Shown: positions 26,381 through 27,792 of the stretch, piece after piece | How the letters are laid out: each line of letters opens with the position of its first letter | How positions within the stretch are numbered: position 1 is the first letter of the stretch | Virus record (IMG/VR): IMGVR_UViG_3300012933_000335 | Location: 1-27,792 of that record | DNA from: a virus | Taxonomy: Duplodnaviria; Caudoviricetes | Reading direction: 5' to 3' (one strand) | Length of the DNA: 27,792 nt | Program-made: the position numbers and the translations under genes | Notes under the pieces: generated by a model | What the model saw: only the letters and a program-made list of their open reading frames with translations | Databases searched by the model: none | What the model was told of the DNA's origin: nothing

Positions 26381-26862
26381 ACGATTCCCCAATCATTTGC
26401 CAGGATGTCGGTCTGACTGGCTACCCATGGAACAACATCGTTGTTTACAGTCTTCATGGCGATGTAGTCACGGTACGGAACCAGACTGTTGTCGCCAAAG
26501 AAGCTCTTGGCAGCTGCCATCTTGACCGGATAGTAGTCGGCCGTCACGTAGTACAGGAACATGCCTTTGCCGTTCCACCCGTCGCGCGTGACCTTGAAGC
26601 CCTTCTTCAGCGCTTCCACGGCCAGGCCGAAGGACATGCCATCGGTTGGTTTGTAAGCGTTGTTGAAGACTGCTTCAGGTGACCAGCTGATGTAGCCGGC
26701 GTGATCAGGGTGGTTGGCTTGGCCACCATCCGTGTACTCAACCAGGTAGCCTGCGTCGTCACCGTTCTCGTCAGATGGGAGAGTCCATCCACGATACTGG
26801 TTGTACGCAAGGCGTGTCATGGGTTTAGCGTGGATCAGTTTGACCCCGATGAATTGCTTCAT
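26377..26862 (-). CDS. Two-domain protein: uncharacterised N-terminal phage domain + DUF2829 (Tad2-like sponge) domain
   Basis: 161 aa with SD GGAG. The C-half MSFG.A.EALK.G.KV.R.GWNGKGMFL...YI.MKT....VPW.ASQTDILA.DW matches the DUF2829 pattern. The N-half is K.FIG.K...A.PM...GYLVEY...GYISWSP..VF..AY. Confidence 0.85.
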   Translation of the reverse strand: MKQFIGVKLIHAKPMTRLAYNQYRGWTLPSDENGDDAGYLVEYTDGGQANHPDHAGYISWSPEAVFNNAYKPTDGMSFGLAVEALKKGFKVTRDGWNGKGMFLYYVTADYYPVKMAAAKSFFGDNSLVPYRDYIAMKTVNNDVVPWVASQTDILANDWGIV

Positions 26863-26866
26863 GGTT

Positions 26867-27151
26867 TCACTCCAATCCAGCTTCGAAACGACGTTGGCGC
26901 AGGAGGTAACCCTCCAGTGCCCACAGCTGCTCGAACGCTTTCTCGTAGGCGTATTTCTCGCCCAGAGCCTGGTTGTAGTTCTTCGGATCCACACAACCAC
27001 TCGTACCGATCAGCGTGAAGCCGTTCTCTAGAGTGATCTGACAGATCGTCGTTGTAGTGCCTTCAAGACGCTGATAAATCGTCATCTTGATCTTGGCTTC
27101 CATGTCGGAAACCGTCACCCGGCTGGGGATTCGTTCTTCTTGTGCGTCCAT
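26867..27151 (-). CDS. N4 gp49/Sf6 gp66 family protein (Acb4-like sponge)
   Basis: 94 aa. TTIC.ITLENGFT..G.SGCVDP.NY...LG...AYE.AF..LW.LEGYLL matches the family pattern as I recall it. Confidence 0.85.
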   Translation of the reverse strand: MDAQEERIPSRVTVSDMEAKIKMTIYQRLEGTTTTICQITLENGFTLIGTSGCVDPKNYNQALGEKYAYEKAFEQLWALEGYLLRQRRFEAGLE

Positions 27152-27158
27152 GCTGGTG

Positions 27159-27356
27159 TTACTCGGCAGGAGGTGTGGGAGGAACGGGTGGAACCGGGGG
27201 CTGCAACGCGTTCAGTTGCTGGGTCACCTGCTGCTGAATCGAAGTGATCGTCGCGGCCACACGGTCGTAGGGTTGGGTACCCAACGACGTGAGGACGTTG
27301 TTGATCTGCTCCAGGTTCAGAGCCACGGTGACTGGGGTGTTGCCGTCAACTTTCAT
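27159..27356 (-). CDS. Small hypothetical protein with Pro-rich tail
   Basis: 65 aa with SD AAAGGA. It has a helix-PY-helix core (IN.VL..LG.QPY..V...I..I.QQ). Confidence 0.7.
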   Translation of the reverse strand: MKVDGNTPVTVALNLEQINNVLTSLGTQPYDRVAATITSIQQQVTQQLNALQPPVPPVPPTPPAE

Positions 27357-27370
27357 GGTCTTCCTTTTTC

Positions 27371-27400
27371 AAAAATGGGGATGACCAGATGACCATCCCC
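27371..27400 (-). terminator. Intrinsic terminator after ssb
   Basis: On the - strand: GGGGATGGTC-ATCT-GGTCATCCCC-ATTTTT (stem includes G-U pairs). Confidence 0.7.
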
Positions 27401-27410
27401 TGGATCCGCA

Positions 27411-27791
27411 TTAAGCGAAGAGGCTAGTCGTAGGCTTCTTGGCCGCAGCAGGGGCACCTGCAGCAGCTTTAGGAGCACCGGCAGTACCTGCAGCGCCCTT
27501 AGCCTTCATCTTGGTGGTGCCAGAGAACTTGGCATCCCAGGTGTCGATGAAGGTTGCGGTTTCAGCTTGAGCACGGATTTCGGCAGTTGTCATGCGGTCA
27601 CGCGCACGGAACAATTTGTCGATCTCGTTCTCTTCACGAGTTTCACCGGTGGGTTCATACGCACCAGTGGATTCGTTCTTCTTGGTCTTGTCGACCGTCT
27701 GCTTGATCAAGCCAACGATGATGTCCTGGTCCAGCAGGTCCATCAGCATTTCCACTTTCGTGGGCACTTCGGCTTTGGCTTCAGCGCTGTA
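27411..27791 (-). CDS. ssb: Single-stranded DNA-binding protein (N4 gp45/N4SSB-like), C-terminal part, truncated by window end
   Basis: The frame is open to the window edge. It contains Y.PTGETR.ENEIDK.F......T.AE and an Ala/Gly/Lys tail ending SLFA, and lies upstream of the resolvase as in N4. Confidence 0.85.
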   Translation of the reverse strand, partial: YSAEAKAEVPTKVEMLMDLLDQDIIVGLIKQTVDKTKKNESTGAYEPTGETREENEIDKLFRARDRMTTAEIRAQAETATFIDTWDAKFSGTTKMKAKGAAGTAGAPKAAAGAPAAAKKPTTSLFA

Positions 27792-27792
27792 G

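Noticed and set aside
24976-27000. Long N-terminal extensions in the ORF track (starts 25008, 25654, 26211, 26392, 27000)
   Set aside because: They overlap upstream genes. Downstream ATGs with SD sites or stop/start coupling fit better.

Overview
This window is part of an N4-like (Schitoviridae) podovirus genome. The + strand carries the late/structural block: the terminase large subunit C-terminus, a gp67-like adaptor, a small basic protein, an inverted dUTPase, the portal, gp58/57-like proteins, a major capsid protein with an apparent insertion, gp55-gp51-like proteins and a 3506-aa cysteine-free virion RNA polymerase. The end of the middle-gene block converges from the - strand: SSB C-terminus, small hypotheticals, a gp49/gp66-family (Acb4-like) protein, a DUF2829 (Tad2-like) fusion, a RuvC-like resolvase, a membrane protein and an H-NS-family protein. 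Three things stand out. (1) A candidate -1 ribosomal frameshift (two in-frame C-CCA-AAG heptamers plus a 13-bp stem and possible pseudoknot) would append a staphylococcal-nuclease domain to the gp51-like ejection protein. (2) The ~720-nt non-coding gap between vRNAP and hns is filled with repeated long-stem modules showing compensatory base changes, which suggests a structured RNA array. (3) An anti-defence-like cluster of nucleotide-signal sponges sits near H-NS. Family names and N4 gene numbers come from motif recognition and synteny recalled from memory; no database search was run.
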